A DNA stretch of 64,000 nucleotides, taken from contig OW818698.1 of NCBI GenBank assembly GCA_942493375.1, forward strand, positions 1,813,455 through 1,877,454. The letters run 5' to 3'. The notes beneath the pieces were generated by a model, which was not told where the DNA came from, searched no databases, and saw only the letters and a program-made list of their open reading frames with translations. Shown here piece by piece: positions 38,127-49,028 of the stretch. The translations under genes and the position numbers were made by a program. The number at the start of each line of letters is the position of its first letter. Within the stretch, counting starts at the first letter, position 1. This DNA is from Abditibacteriota bacterium (GTDB taxonomy: Bacteria; Armatimonadota; UBA5829).

Positions 38127-39404
38127 CTAATCAACATCCCCTTTTAGTGTCTTATCCACAATGTCCAGGAATTCCTTGTTTGATTTAGTATGTCTTAGAC
38201 GATCATTAAGAATCTCTGAGGCTTCGTGTATTTCAAGCGCAGCCAGAACTCTCTGCAGATGCCAGACTTTCTTCAGAGTCATCTCATCGAACAGAAGTTC
38301 ATCATGCCTTGTTCCTGACCTCTTGATGTCTATTGCAGGGAATATGCGTTTCTCAGCCAGGTTGCGGTCGAGAACTAATTCCATGTTACCGGTGGCTTTG
38401 AACTCTTCAAAGATTGCATCATCCATCCTACTGCCGGTCTCAACCAATGCAGTAGCAATGACTGTAAGGCTGCCTCCACCTTCAATATTTCTTGCAGCTC
38501 CAATAAATCTTTTCGGTCTATAAAGAGCGCTTGGGTCAAGACCTCCGGAGAGTGTCCGTCCACTGGGATTAACTGTAAGGTTGGATGCTCTTGAAAGCCT
38601 TGTTATACTATCCAGCAGGACTACAACATCCTTACCGGATTCAACAAGCCTCTTACTGAGCTCAAGCACCATATCAGCCACACGCATGTGGTTCTCAGGC
38701 ATCTCATCAAATGTTGAGCTGACTACCATTCCTTTTACTGAACGTTTGATGTCAGTAACTTCCTCAGGACGCTCATCAATCAGCAGCACGATCAGCACAG
38801 CTTCCGGGAAGTTGGCAGTGACGCTGTTGGCGATGGTCTTTAGGAGAGTGGTCTTTCCAGCCTTAGGAGGTGCAACGATCAGACCTCTTTGTCCTTTACC
38901 GATAGGAGCAATTAAGTCGATGAACCTGGCGGATATATTCTCCGGAGTAGTCTCTAGTACAAACTGTTCTTCGGGATAGATCGGTGTTAGGTCGTCGAAG
39001 TTTTTTCTGGATCTTGCTGATTCGGGGTTTTCGTTGTTTACTGCCTGCACTCTTAGGAGGCTGAAGTATTTTTCGGAGTCTTTTGGAGGTCTAACCTGGC
39101 CGGAAACTATATCTCCAGTCCTTAGGCCGAACCTTTTCACCTGCGACTGTGAGACATATATGTCTCCCTGGGTCGGAGCAAAATTGCCATGGCGAAGGAA
39201 TCCCCAGCCCTCTGACAATATCTCCAGCACACCTTCTCCGAAGAGCATACCGCTCTGTTCTGTGCTGGCTTTCATGATTTTGTAGACTAACTCCTGGCGT
39301 GATGCATAACCATCTTCAACTTTGAGTGATGCAGCCAGTTGTTCGAGTTCGTCAATAGTCTTACTTTCAAGCTCTGATAGCTCCAAAGTGTCCAATACTT
39401 TCAC
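38127..39404 (-). CDS. rho: Transcription termination factor Rho
   Basis: N-terminal Rho_N and cold-shock-like region. The ATPase core 'GKGQRGLIVAPPKAGKTTLL' and Q/R loops. 425 aa. A long 5' leader at 39405..39750. Confidence 0.93.
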   Translation of the reverse strand: MKVLDTLELSELESKTIDELEQLAASLKVEDGYASRQELVYKIMKASTEQSGMLFGEGVLEILSEGWGFLRHGNFAPTQGDIYVSQSQVKRFGLRTGDIVSGQVRPPKDSEKYFSLLRVQAVNNENPESARSRKNFDDLTPIYPEEQFVLETTPENISARFIDLIAPIGKGQRGLIVAPPKAGKTTLLKTIANSVTANFPEAVLIVLLIDERPEEVTDIKRSVKGMVVSSTFDEMPENHMRVADMVLELSKRLVESGKDVVVLLDSITRLSRASNLTVNPSGRTLSGGLDPSALYRPKRFIGAARNIEGGGSLTVIATALVETGSRMDDAIFEEFKATGNMELVLDRNLAEKRIFPAIDIKRSGTRHDELLFDEMTLKKVWHLQRVLAALEIHEASEILNDRLRHTKSNKEFLDIVDKTLKGDVD

Positions 39405-39762
39405 CTCATTGGGAACGTGTTTTCCCCAGCAGAATTGCCGGTCTAATAGTAGGTTATTGCGCTGAATAATATGTGGATATCCTGTGCTGTACTATCCCGT
39501 ACAATATCGGAAAAGCATAGACAGAGAAATCGAGAATATAAAACAGGCTTGAGAGACACACAAATCCTATGCCAACGACGTTATATGGGTAGGCAATTCA
39601 GGATAGCTTAAGTAGTAACATAACTTGGCAGGATTGCATCGTAGGCCTGATGATGGTTCAAACGGAAGATTACAGTTGGTGAAACTCGCTTAACTATAAT
39701 TATAGGTTATCCAGCAGCATTTGTCTAGTGCTGCGCAGTATTATTTGTAATATAACACTTAC

Positions 39763-39860
39763 AATTGATAATTGATAATTGATAATTGACAATGAACAAG
39801 AGAAAAGAATCCAAAACCCGGTCTTTTTAGTTGTCCATTGTCAATTATCAATTGTCCATT
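39763..39860. repeat. Inverted (AATTGAT)4 heptamer arrays forming a long hairpin, and the terminator of the downstream minus-strand GH gene
   Basis: 'caattgataattgataattgataattgacaatg' ... 'ccattgtcaattatcaattgtccatt'. Confidence 0.55.
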
Positions 39861-41835
39861 ACTTCGGCGTTACATCAACCACGGTTAGTCCCTTTCCCGG
39901 GACTTTTATGGTAAAACGCGGGCCGTCCGGCACTATTCTGGCAATCGGGAACGGACCAGCGACATGAACTTCAGATATATCAAATGACAGTTCCACAGTC
40001 GCCCGCACATAACTGTAGCTATCATTCGACAGTGCCACTCGGTAAGCCCCATTGGGCAGCTTGAACCAGCGTACAGTTATATTCTCAACGCCTTCAGTCA
40101 CAATGGGGAACTTGCAGACTGTCTTGATGACATCTGCACAGATTTTCAAGAACTCATCTGAGACAGGAGCAAAATTGAGTTCAAACAGGAAGTTAACCGG
40201 TTCCTGTTTATCCTTGTCCCAATCCTGCTTGCACTCACCGAATAGCGTCGGTACCATCAATGTCGCACCAGGTCTATATATTCTGCAAATCAATGGTCGT
40301 CCGCACACAGCATCTATTACCTCGTAATCAGAATCAGGCAAACCAGACATATCAGGCCCGATGGCTACCAGTGGGCCTTTGGCATTTTGCAACACTTTGT
40401 TGAGTGTATCTGTATCCAGTTCGTGGGGATTTATCAACAAGACTGGACGTGTTGATTCCGCCAAATCCTCGGCACTGCAAACAGTCGTTATCCACGCTCC
40501 CCGTCTGCTTATCTCAAATGTCAGCTTATGAATGCTCCAAAGACCATCCTGAGCGAACTCAGAGATGTGTCCTTCCACATAGTTAGGCGACCAGACAAGC
40601 ATCGGACCTGATGTGTCTACGGGATTGGAATCGAATGCCAGGTCCCACATACCCTTCAGCCGTTTCCATTCCAGCTTCTCAAGACCATCACCAAGGCAGG
40701 CCAAAGGTCCGGCAGCACAGCGGGTATATGTGTCTCCATCGTATCTATAGACATTGGAGAGTGAATAGATCTCTTTCTCAAGGACTGCAGGAGTGTGTCT
40801 GAGGACATCCCACTGCTCCTCAACATCCTTTAAGCCATTCAGATATACCAAAGGCAGCTCAGGGGTGTGCACGCCTGTCAGAAGCATTGTTGTCACATAG
40901 TTGTGATGTCTGTCACCGCCACGTGCTTCCATATCAGATGCTGCAGCAGCACTTTCGGTGATCAACACATCAATATCAGCATCCCGCAGCAGTGCATAAT
41001 CTACGCCGTATCTGTATAGAGCTTCAAACGGATCACGGGTCCACGCAGCATTCGCAGCAATCAACAGGTTTTTCTCATGAAGCATCTTGGTAGCTTTGCC
41101 CAGGAATTGCCCCCATCTCCAAGCGTGGAATGTGCACCACTGTGTCCGTAAACTATTGTATATATAATCAGCTCTTGCTGTCAGCGCCGGAATATCTTCC
41201 CCTACAGTTATCCTAATGCCTTCAGGCAGGATGACACCTGTGTGAGCCAGGAACTGTCCGACCATATCATCCGAATAGTCCGATCTCCACAGAGGAGTCC
41301 GGGGATGTGCCCAGCCGTCTGCAGCATGCCAGCCATCGAAGCCGTAATAGTCGATTACTTCCATCAGTTTCCCGAAGAAGAAATCCTCATAGAAAGAGCC
41401 ATCAACAAAACGCTTCAATGGGTTTATGCACGGGACTTTTTCACCGTCAGCCCATACTTCAGTAACTTCCATATGGTCCGGCAACCACTCTTTGTGGTAA
41501 ATATTCCCACCAAAGAAGCTGAAAACCGCAGGGATAACCTTTACCCCGTGCTTGTGAAGCTCATCAACAAGCGTCTTGAGCTTATTGCTGTCCCATATCT
41601 GGATATCTCTCTCAGCATTAAAAGGATGGGCATTGTAAGAACTATAATCAAGCGGGAAAGTGACTACTTCATCAGACTCCGAAGAATGCTGATGCACAAA
41701 GTCCGGAGAGAAAATCAGCAGTGAGATAGCCTCCGGAATGAATCCCAACCGGTCAATATACTCCCCTACCCCAACGTCCTCCTGTGTGTTGTCGAATCCT
41801 ATAAGTTCAATCCAAATCCATTTTCTATATTCCAT
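39859..41835 (-). CDS. Putative glycoside-hydrolase-like TIM-barrel protein (GHL-family, cytoplasmic)
   Basis: 'GFDGWHADGW' and related GH-like TIM-barrel blocks. The ORF-track start at 41895 runs into the heptamer array. A likely start is the second Met, 'MEYRKW', at 41835. Confidence 0.5.
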   Translation of the reverse strand: MEYRKWIWIELIGFDNTQEDVGVGEYIDRLGFIPEAISLLIFSPDFVHQHSSESDEVVTFPLDYSSYNAHPFNAERDIQIWDSNKLKTLVDELHKHGVKVIPAVFSFFGGNIYHKEWLPDHMEVTEVWADGEKVPCINPLKRFVDGSFYEDFFFGKLMEVIDYYGFDGWHAADGWAHPRTPLWRSDYSDDMVGQFLAHTGVILPEGIRITVGEDIPALTARADYIYNSLRTQWCTFHAWRWGQFLGKATKMLHEKNLLIAANAAWTRDPFEALYRYGVDYALLRDADIDVLITESAAAASDMEARGGDRHHNYVTTMLLTGVHTPELPLVYLNGLKDVEEQWDVLRHTPAVLEKEIYSLSNVYRYDGDTYTRCAAGPLACLGDGLEKLEWKRLKGMWDLAFDSNPVDTSGPMLVWSPNYVEGHISEFAQDGLWSIHKLTFEISRRGAWITTVCSAEDLAESTRPVLLINPHELDTDTLNKVLQNAKGPLVAIGPDMSGLPDSDYEVIDAVCGRPLICRIYRPGATLMVPTLFGECKQDWDKDKQEPVNFLFELNFAPVSDEFLKICADVIKTVCKFPIVTEGVENITVRWFKLPNGAYRVALSNDSYSYVRATVELSFDISEVHVAGPFPIARIVPDGPRFTIKVPGKGLTVVDVTPK

Positions 41836-41854
41836 TTCAAAAACACCTCTCTTC

Positions 41855-41889
41855 TGAATTATGAAGTATGAATGGTGAATGATGAAATT
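41855..41889. repeat. Five tandem TGAANNN heptamers in the promoter of the GH gene
   Basis: 'tgaatta tgaagta tgaatgg tgaatga tgaaatt'. Confidence 0.55.
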
Positions 41890-41905
41890 CTCCATTCATA
41901 AATTT

Positions 41906-41940
41906 TGTCATTCTGAACGCAGTGAAGAATCTGCTTTTCC
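41906..41940. repeat. GTCATTCTGA-family half element
   Basis: 'tgtcattctgaacgcagtgaagaatctgcttttcc' matches the left arm of the 18673 copy. Confidence 0.5.
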
Positions 41941-41962
41941 AAGATCCACAATTCGCACCCAA

Positions 41963-44002
41963 TCACTCCCAAACCAGCAGTAAGTGGTCGACAACTTCGC
42001 TAACCTTAAATGAAATCCCTTTTGAATCCGAAATAAAATCCAGTTCCTGTCCGGATATCGGGTTGTATAACCGATTGATCTTCTGGTTGGTATTCAGTTG
42101 AACATTAATATCCCTGATAGGTATAGGTTCATTTAGGGATTCAAACGAATAGCGGTGCCTGCGGTCGGCAACAAATGCAACGAACTGCAGGACCGTACGA
42201 TTGCCTTTGCGACCCACTGTGATCTCAACAATCGATGGAGCATCGGTCTGTATGATCCTATCCTGAAGTGTGCTGTTCACAAGATTGTGCATCACCGTAC
42301 GATGAGCGTGGTAGCCGGTGTTCAGATATGCTGCTGAAAGCGGTTGACCGAGAACAATGACCCGTCCATCCCCTCGTTTTGCAGATAATATCGAAGCCTT
42401 TCCTTCCACAAGATCAGGACCATGAAAATGCCCATAAAAGGTCTCTCTGGACCTCACACAGGGAGGATACCAGGCCTTTGCTAATTCAACTGAGTCATCC
42501 AACCCGGATATCTCAACGGAGGATGTATGCACATAATTTGCCATGTCAGGGACATTCTCTGCCAATTGCTGATCAGTCATCCTGTAATATGCACCCGGGT
42601 GCTGACTCAAAGATGCATCCCCTACTCCGATAAACCTGTGCCAACGTTCAATAAGATCCGGGGCAACGATAATCGCGCTGGCGTCCACAATCAATGTGCC
42701 TCCGGATTCAACAAATTGCTGGAGTTTGTCTATGGCAGGGTTGTCGAGGAACGGATGAATAAGCACAAGGGTCTTTGCATCTTCCAAGGGCATATCGAGG
42801 CTTAGAACATCCCACTGGTGATGACCTTCCATCAGGAGCTTCGCATTGCCGTAAAGTGAGTCCCAGATGTCGATACCGCCCGACACACCCGTTTGCTTCG
42901 AAGCCACCGCTGCAGAGGTTTCAAGGCCCTCCGGCACGACAATTGCTATCTCCCTGGCCCGTTTCATCCCGCAACAGTATGGCTGCCGGGGTTCGATAAA
43001 TGAGAAAGCCTCTTTTATCGTAGAATATACAGCTTTCTCGAGTTTACTGCTCGGATGCATATGATCCCCTATACAACAGGAAGAACCAACTGAAAGATGA
43101 GAACCCAGTATCACTTTCAACTGATGCACTGGCGCCACAGTGCCGAAATCCCCCCAGTTCTTCAGGAACCTGCCTGTAACTCCGACAACCGGCAGACCGG
43201 CATTGCTCAGATATCTGCCCATAACCGGGAACTGAAACCATCCGGTCTGATAGGCAAGTGTTTCCACATAAAACTCTGATATAATGCCAGGCGCCTTGGT
43301 TGCTTCACCAAAAGCGTTGTAGCAGCCGATTTCAAGACGCATGCCAGGACGATATTTGTCCATCAACTCCTTGAGTTGCACGGTAAATGCCTGCATATTG
43401 GCAGCATTGAACTTGTTATGATCGAGTTCATTGTGCGGGTCAAGACCCAGAGCCTCCATCCGTCCAACACACGCTTCACAAAAACAACTCCCCGGCAGGT
43501 AACCGGCCATGTCTATAAAAATGCCATCCACTGAATGCTTGCTCAGACACTCCTCAACGTGTGGAAAGAAGAAGTCCTCCAGATAACGTCCACGATTGGG
43601 ACACAGCCATCGCCAGTAAAGCTCTGAACCATCCTGGAGTATCTGGCTGTCCACCGGCTTGCCATCAGCCTGAAGTGCAACCCATTCCGGATGCTGCTCA
43701 GCAATCACTTCATCCACATTCAAACTGAAGTATGCAAGCAGGTCAATACCACGCTTGCGTGCCTCCACAGCTGCTGCCCCGAGTAAGTCGAATGAAAGTC
43801 CAGGATGACGGGTTCCGATGGATGTATCAAAATACGAATACCCGTGGTGGCACTTCGCAAAGAAAGCAATCGAATTGACCCTGCTCTCCTCCAGAACATC
43901 AAAGAATTCCTTAGCATCAAACTGCTCCCCCACACTCACAAAACCAGGCGTGTGGAAGTCCATATGTATCTGTCTGAGAGTATTTAAATCAACCATAATC
44001 AA
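41963..44002 (-). CDS. GHL6-family putative glycoside hydrolase (TIM barrel plus beta-galactosidase-trimerisation-like domain), paralog 1
   Basis: 'IHMDFHT', 'VDGIFIDM' and 'TGRFLKNWGDFG' blocks are shared with 52296..54299 and 54412..56397. Confidence 0.55.
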   Translation of the reverse strand: MIMVDLNTLRQIHMDFHTPGFVSVGEQFDAKEFFDVLEESRVNSIAFFAKCHHGYSYFDTSIGTRHPGLSFDLLGAAAVEARKRGIDLLAYFSLNVDEVIAEQHPEWVALQADGKPVDSQILQDGSELYWRWLCPNRGRYLEDFFFPHVEECLSKHSVDGIFIDMAGYLPGSCFCEACVGRMEALGLDPHNELDHNKFNAANMQAFTVQLKELMDKYRPGMRLEIGCYNAFGEATKAPGIISEFYVETLAYQTGWFQFPVMGRYLSNAGLPVVGVTGRFLKNWGDFGTVAPVHQLKVILGSHLSVGSSCCIGDHMHPSSKLEKAVYSTIKEAFSFIEPRQPYCCGMKRAREIAIVVPEGLETSAAVASKQTGVSGGIDIWDSLYGNAKLLMEGHHQWDVLSLDMPLEDAKTLVLIHPFLDNPAIDKLQQFVESGGTLIVDASAIIVAPDLIERWHRFIGVGDASLSQHPGAYYRMTDQQLAENVPDMANYVHTSSVEISGLDDSVELAKAWYPPCVRSRETFYGHFHGPDLVEGKASILSAKRGDGRVIVLGQPLSAAYLNTGYHAHRTVMHNLVNSTLQDRIIQTDAPSIVEITVGRKGNRTVLQFVAFVADRRHRYSFESLNEPIPIRDINVQLNTNQKINRLYNPISGQELDFISDSKGISFKVSEVVDHLLLVWE

Positions 44003-44059
44003 TCCTCACGATTGGACATTGAACGCTTATACTGAAAGAAGTCAGTGCCTCGATAATCT

Positions 44060-44156
44060 TGTCATTCTGAATGAAATGAAGAATCTCAAGCCTGTTAAAA
44101 GCAGTTGTAAATGTAAAACATTTACACTAGATTCTTCATTGCATTCAGAATGACAT
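44060..44156. repeat. GTCATTCTGA-family inverted-repeat element (full copy)
   Basis: Arms 'tgtcattctgaatgaaatgaagaatct' and 'agattcttcattgcattcagaatgaca', with an internal palindrome 'gtaaatgtaaaacatttacac'. Confidence 0.6.
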
Positions 44157-44167
44157 ATTCCTATTAC

Positions 44168-47100
44168 TTAGTTCTTCTCAATAACCAGCAACTTAAGCAT
44201 CAGCCCATCTACTGTTGTGCTCAGCTTGTTGTTTACCAGTTCATAATCAACATTGCCCCAGGCATCCCGGCATTTTGATTTAAGACCCTTGAACGCATTG
44301 AAATCCAGTGTCACTGGCTGTGTTTTTTCGTTCCAGTAGTTTGAAACCACCGCAATCAGCACTTTGTCGGTCTCATAATAACTGACAAATATGTTCGGGT
44401 TGTCTTTTATCACTTTGTTGGCTCTTACAAAGTATGGTGTGAATGTATCACTGGTCAGATTATATTTATCGTATAGTCCCCACAGCTTCTGACTGGCTTC
44501 CAGGTAGTCTTTACCTGCACCTTCAGTGAGTCTCGGGTACGCATCTAATAGCAGCCCCTGTGCCCAGCAAACGCTGAGAAACGCTTCCGGACGCTTGAGC
44601 ATATCGCATCCAACGCCATACAGCTTCCCGTTCATCATCGCTCTCAATGAATCCGGACCTGTGCGTGAAAACACTGGTTCAAAAAGACTGGAGGCTTCCC
44701 CGGTCCAATACCCTTCAACCAGTCCGAGCGCCGGAGGATAGGGCCAGCCTGCATGCTGATCAACTATAAAATCTTTGCGGTTCTTGAGGCCTTCAGAATA
44801 GACCATCTCACCAAATCTGCGACATGCCCTGACAGCGAAGGTCACAATCATACGTCCATAGGGATCAATTACCCCGCACCCATGCTTCTGGTTTGAACAG
44901 GCGCTTGGAACGAGCATTCCTGCGTCGTAGTAGACGCTTCTCAAATCATAACGCTTGACCGCTTCTCCAATGCCTTCAGCAAGCCGGTCATACCAGATAC
45001 TGTTTGCGCAGATTCCGAATGAACTCTGATCAGGATCTCCCTGTTGGTAGTATATGTAAGGTCTGAATCCACCATCCGGATAACTGTTTGGTTTGGTCAT
45101 AAGCAGGTCGTGATAGAGTGGAAACTCCGGAATCTTGTCGGACATCAGGGAGTTGAAATAGACCGAAAGATCAACGCCTGCCTTTTTAGCAGCTGCGACA
45201 TACTTATCCATGTCGAGTTCGTTTCCGCCAGGCTTCCAGTAGCCTTCAAAGGTGGTCCAGTTCTCATGAACGTGTTCTATCTTTACCCCTTCAGTAGCGA
45301 CTTTATCCAGGAAACTACCCAGCGTTCCATCGGGCATGGTATGGATCTGTTCCCATCCTTTGGGCCAGAATGTGCAATCGATTCTAAAATCTTTGTGGAA
45401 ATCGTTGCGGAAAGCGCGCACCGGGAATGGCTCCAGACCGAATAAAAACTTGACTTCACGCGTGTGCAATCGTTTCAAACCGTCACTTATCAGGATGACC
45501 AGATTGACTCTGCCATTTTCGCCTCTCGTGATCTGATAGGTGGAATCATAGTTCTTAACGTTCCATCCACGCGGTCCTTCAAGACTGACACCAAGCCCAC
45601 GATACTTCTCATCGGTATCTGTTGATAGACTCACAAAATCCGTCAATGGCACATTGAGCTTCTCACCGTCCTTGAGCAGACGACCATGGCAAAGTGTATC
45701 TCCACTGTAGTCAAGCTCTTTAGGTTCGATCAACTTGCCGGTTTTACTGTCTTTCGCTTCACGGAAGAGATAGTCGTGGAACAGAGTCTCGTAACTCATG
45801 AGGATATCGGAATCCAGTTTGAGCGGGATCACGATCTCAAGCTTGCCATACTCAAAGGGCTTATCTGATTTTAGGCTGACATCATACCAGGTGAAACCAT
45901 CATACTGGTGGTCAGCCTGAATTGTCAGCGTTTTTTCGCCAACCAGACTCTTTGACACCAATCGAACCTGGTTTTTATTGGATGATACCTTTCGGACTTT
46001 ACCTGCAGCCAATAGCGGTTTGCCGTCAAATACTATCTGCACAGGTTTCTCCAAAATCGGCACACCATTGACACTTATCTGGCTGGGTAGAATCCCTTTG
46101 GAAAGGTCGAATGAACTAACGGATGCGCTGACTTTTCCATCTCTGAAACCTACGCTCGGATAGTACCGGGAGGCATCGAGCTTGGAGATATCATAATCAG
46201 ACTTGCCGGGTTTGAATGTGAATATTGTGTTGGATAAGCTGGCAAAAACTGTCCCGGATTTATTCAGGAATGTGTAGTCAAACTTGTGGTCACCAGGCTT
46301 CCACGATTTAGAACTGACATACTTCCTTGATAGATCCTTCAGTGAACTTCTCAGGACTTTCTTGCCATCTACAGTTAACTCAACGGTCTCAACAAACTCT
46401 TTCAACACATCAGCATTGCGCAGGACTACCGAAAACCTGTAAGGGTCCATTGCAATCAACTCGATGAATGGGACCAAATCGTTGATAATCTCTGCCTTAT
46501 AAGCAAAAGATTCACCGGATTTAAAATCGACAATAGCATTCTTTACCTGACTGAGTGGGATATTATCCGATATAACAGCACCGGTCTCAGGAGTATATTC
46601 AGCCTTTATGTGGGCTCCAGTAGGAGTGTAGACAATATCGCTGAGGTCAATTTTCTTTATAAAAGACTGGGAGGATGACAGCTTGAATGTGCCCCATGAG
46701 GCTACATCGGCGAAGTCAACCGGCAGGTGCACCCAGGTCAGACAGTAGTTATTGCCAGGTTCATTGCTGTTGACAGCAACATTGCCGCGAAGGATGCTTC
46801 CGTCAGCAGGATTCATACCCAACTCTACAAATGTGATACGTGCCTGGACCTGCCAATTGTCGGCATTTGTTGTAACCTTATAATCCGGATTTCCGTTCCA
46901 TGACTTATCTCTGTCGCGGGAATCATAGAGCGCGCCTACAGCGTTGATAATATACTGGGTAACCGATCCTTTTCCGTTAGGTTGTAGGAATATCTCTACC
47001 CGGTCATCGTTCCAGATAATACCATCGCGCTCATTGAGCCCCGTTGGCTTATATCCGGATTTTACAGGTATTGTGAAAGAGAAGATGATAGCTTGCAGGT

Positions 47101-47338
47101 CATAGCTTACAGTGCAATTGGCTTTTCTGGAAAGCTGTGCCCGTTGGTGTGTGTAATCAAATAATAAAGGTACTTCAGCAGCGCCTCTTTTTGCATCAGG
47201 CACTGTAAGCATTGCAGCGCTGTTGTCGATTGCACTGACAGTGGCTGAGCAACCAAGTATAAACAAACATACTATTATTATAAAACGAGAAAGATTGCGA
47301 TCAGTCATTGTTAATTCCTTTCGATTGGAAACACTCAC
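44168..47338 (-). CDS. Large secreted or lipoprotein multidomain protein: CBM9-like N-terminal domain plus a GH-like C-terminal region
   Basis: Signal or lipobox 'LFILGCS'. CBM9-like 'WNDDRVEIFLQP'. 1056 aa. The family of the C-terminal half is unclear. Confidence 0.5.
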   Translation of the reverse strand: MSVSNRKELTMTDRNLSRFIIIVCLFILGCSATVSAIDNSAAMLTVPDAKRGAAEVPLLFDYTHQRAQLSRKANCTVSYDLQAIIFSFTIPVKSGYKPTGLNERDGIIWNDDRVEIFLQPNGKGSVTQYIINAVGALYDSRDRDKSWNGNPDYKVTTNADNWQVQARITFVELGMNPADGSILRGNVAVNSNEPGNNYCLTWVHLPVDFADVASWGTFKLSSSQSFIKKIDLSDIVYTPTGAHIKAEYTPETGAVISDNIPLSQVKNAIVDFKSGESFAYKAEIINDLVPFIELIAMDPYRFSVVLRNADVLKEFVETVELTVDGKKVLRSSLKDLSRKYVSSKSWKPGDHKFDYTFLNKSGTVFASLSNTIFTFKPGKSDYDISKLDASRYYPSVGFRDGKVSASVSSFDLSKGILPSQISVNGVPILEKPVQIVFDGKPLLAAGKVRKVSSNKNQVRLVSKSLVGEKTLTIQADHQYDGFTWYDVSLKSDKPFEYGKLEIVIPLKLDSDILMSYETLFHDYLFREAKDSKTGKLIEPKELDYSGDTLCHGRLLKDGEKLNVPLTDFVSLSTDTDEKYRGLGVSLEGPRGWNVKNYDSTYQITRGENGRVNLVILISDGLKRLHTREVKFLFGLEPFPVRAFRNDFHKDFRIDCTFWPKGWEQIHTMPDGTLGSFLDKVATEGVKIEHVHENWTTFEGYWKPGGNELDMDKYVAAAKKAGVDLSVYFNSLMSDKIPEFPLYHDLLMTKPNSYPDGGFRPYIYYQQGDPDQSSFGICANSIWYDRLAEGIGEAVKRYDLRSVYYDAGMLVPSACSNQKHGCGVIDPYGRMIVTFAVRACRRFGEMVYSEGLKNRKDFIVDQHAGWPYPPALGLVEGYWTGEASSLFEPVFSRTGPDSLRAMMNGKLYGVGCDMLKRPEAFLSVCWAQGLLLDAYPRLTEGAGKDYLEASQKLWGLYDKYNLTSDTFTPYFVRANKVIKDNPNIFVSYYETDKVLIAVVSNYWNEKTQPVTLDFNAFKGLKSKCRDAWGNVDYELVNNKLSTTVDGLMLKLLVIEKN

Positions 47339-47636
47339 TCAATTCACCCTCATAATGTGGGTTAGGTGGATTGTATCCCCAAGCGGAGTCAGAAGTCAAT
47401 GCGTGTCCTGTTCTTAGCCTCTCCACCACAATAACGAACTCTGATAAGTAGCACTACAAGATACTACAGCATTAACAGTTTGACGTCAAACCATTGCATA
47501 GCAAAGATAACCCGAATCCGTGTATCGCTGCATACTTTCACAAGAAAGGAATTCCATTCTTGTAAATCTTGAGAATCTTGTTAATCCTGTCCAAAGTGAC
47601 TCAACTTGATCATGAAACCTAAGAATATAGCCGCTC

Positions 47637-48266
47637 CTACTTAGGAGGCCGGTGTTTTTCCAACAGTTCTCCGATTCCAGCCATTATTCGTTTGGAGACT
47701 TCATCTACCGCTGTCCGCCCACCCGTTTGCCTTAAGTCAGCGTATTCGATAGGTTTACCGAACACTACTTTTACTCTGCTGAATCTGAGCAAGAAGGAAT
47801 GCGGGGGCAGGAATTTCTCTGTGTCTACCAGGGCACACGGAATGACTACAGCATTGGAACGCAGGACTATCATGCCTACACCGGCTTCAGCTTCCAGCAG
47901 TGTCCCGTCGAGAGAACGTTTACCCTCAGGGAACATCGCAACTGCCATACCAGCCTGGACAGTTTCTATAGCAGTTTTTAAAGCAGTCCTGTCAGCTGTT
48001 CCTCTGTGCACGGGAAATGCATGACACCAACGTATAAGCGAGCCGAGAATCGGGGTCTCAAACAACTCGATTTTGGCCATAAATCTTGCCGGTCTGGGAG
48101 CGGAGCAACCCAGAGTCGGAGGGTCCATATAGCTGACATGGTTGGCGCAGATAATCACCCCGCCGGTCATAGGAACGTTTTCTCGCCCTATAACCTCAAC
48201 ACGCCCTATGAACCTCATTATCGGCCACAATATAATCTGAGAAAATCTATAGAATCTGAATGTCAT
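47637..48266 (-). CDS. plsC: 1-acyl-sn-glycerol-3-phosphate acyltransferase
   Basis: HxxxxD motif 'NHVSYMD' and 'FPEGKRS'. Confidence 0.8.
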   Translation of the reverse strand: MTFRFYRFSQIILWPIMRFIGRVEVIGRENVPMTGGVIICANHVSYMDPPTLGCSAPRPARFMAKIELFETPILGSLIRWCHAFPVHRGTADRTALKTAIETVQAGMAVAMFPEGKRSLDGTLLEAEAGVGMIVLRSNAVVIPCALVDTEKFLPPHSFLLRFSRVKVVFGKPIEYADLRQTGGRTAVDEVSKRIMAGIGELLEKHRPPK

Positions 48267-48952
48267 TGTTTATTCCCAACCCTTGAGTCATGTATAGCAG
48301 CTATCTTATCTACAACCTGTTCAATCGAAACACCATCAGTGTTGACCATAACAGCATCTGAAGCCTGAGCCAGCGGAGCCGTTGACCTTGTGCTATCACG
48401 CAGGTCTCTCTCGCGTATCTCAGTCTCAACCTGCTTAACGTCTGCCTGCATGCCTTTACGGGTCATTTCCAGCGTCCGACGCTTGGCCCTTTCTTCTACT
48501 GAAGCAGTAAGATAGACCTTTACCTTTGCATCTGGGAACACAACAGTCCCAATATCACGGCCTTCCATCACTACACCTGCTTCATCATCAGCCATGTTCC
48601 GCTGTAAATCAACCAGGCGCTTGCGGACACCGGGAACAGCGCTGACTGGAGAAGACAATCGTGTAACTTCAACACTCCGTATGGCCTCAGTAACATCCTC
48701 GCCATCGACATACACTCGCTGTCCGTTTTCTGTATCCTTAAGCCGTATGTCCAGTTTTTTTGCTGCTCGTGTAACTTTTGCAGGATCAGAAACCGGAACA
48801 CCATCTTTCATTATTCTATAAGCTACAGCGCGATACATCGCTCCGGTATCTATATACAAATATGAAAGCCTCTCCGCAACAAGTCTGGCAACAGTGCTTT
48901 TGCCTGCGCCGGCTGGTCCATCGATGGCTACTACTATGCAATTACTACTCAT
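48263..48952 (-). CDS. cmk: Cytidylate kinase
   Basis: 'IDGPAGAGKSTVARLVA' P-loop and Cmk-typical downstream blocks. A 4-bp overlap with plsC. Confidence 0.88.
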   Translation of the reverse strand: MSSNCIVVAIDGPAGAGKSTVARLVAERLSYLYIDTGAMYRAVAYRIMKDGVPVSDPAKVTRAAKKLDIRLKDTENGQRVYVDGEDVTEAIRSVEVTRLSSPVSAVPGVRKRLVDLQRNMADDEAGVVMEGRDIGTVVFPDAKVKVYLTASVEERAKRRTLEMTRKGMQADVKQVETEIRERDLRDSTRSTAPLAQASDAVMVNTDGVSIEQVVDKIAAIHDSRVGNKQ

Positions 48953-49028
48953 TTTGGCATCCTTATAAGGATGTACTTGTTACACAAGTACATTGGATGT
49001 ACTTGCGTAACAAGTACAAGAGATGCAT

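Noticed and set aside
38161-38979. Two ~120-130-aa ORFs on the + strand
   Set aside because: They lie antisense to the clearly identified rho gene.
41836-41895. N-terminal 20 aa 'MENFIIHHSYFIIQKRGVFE' of ORF 39859..41895, and the 64-aa ORF 52056..52250
   Set aside because: Both are translations of the TGAANNN heptamer arrays. Real starts lie downstream.
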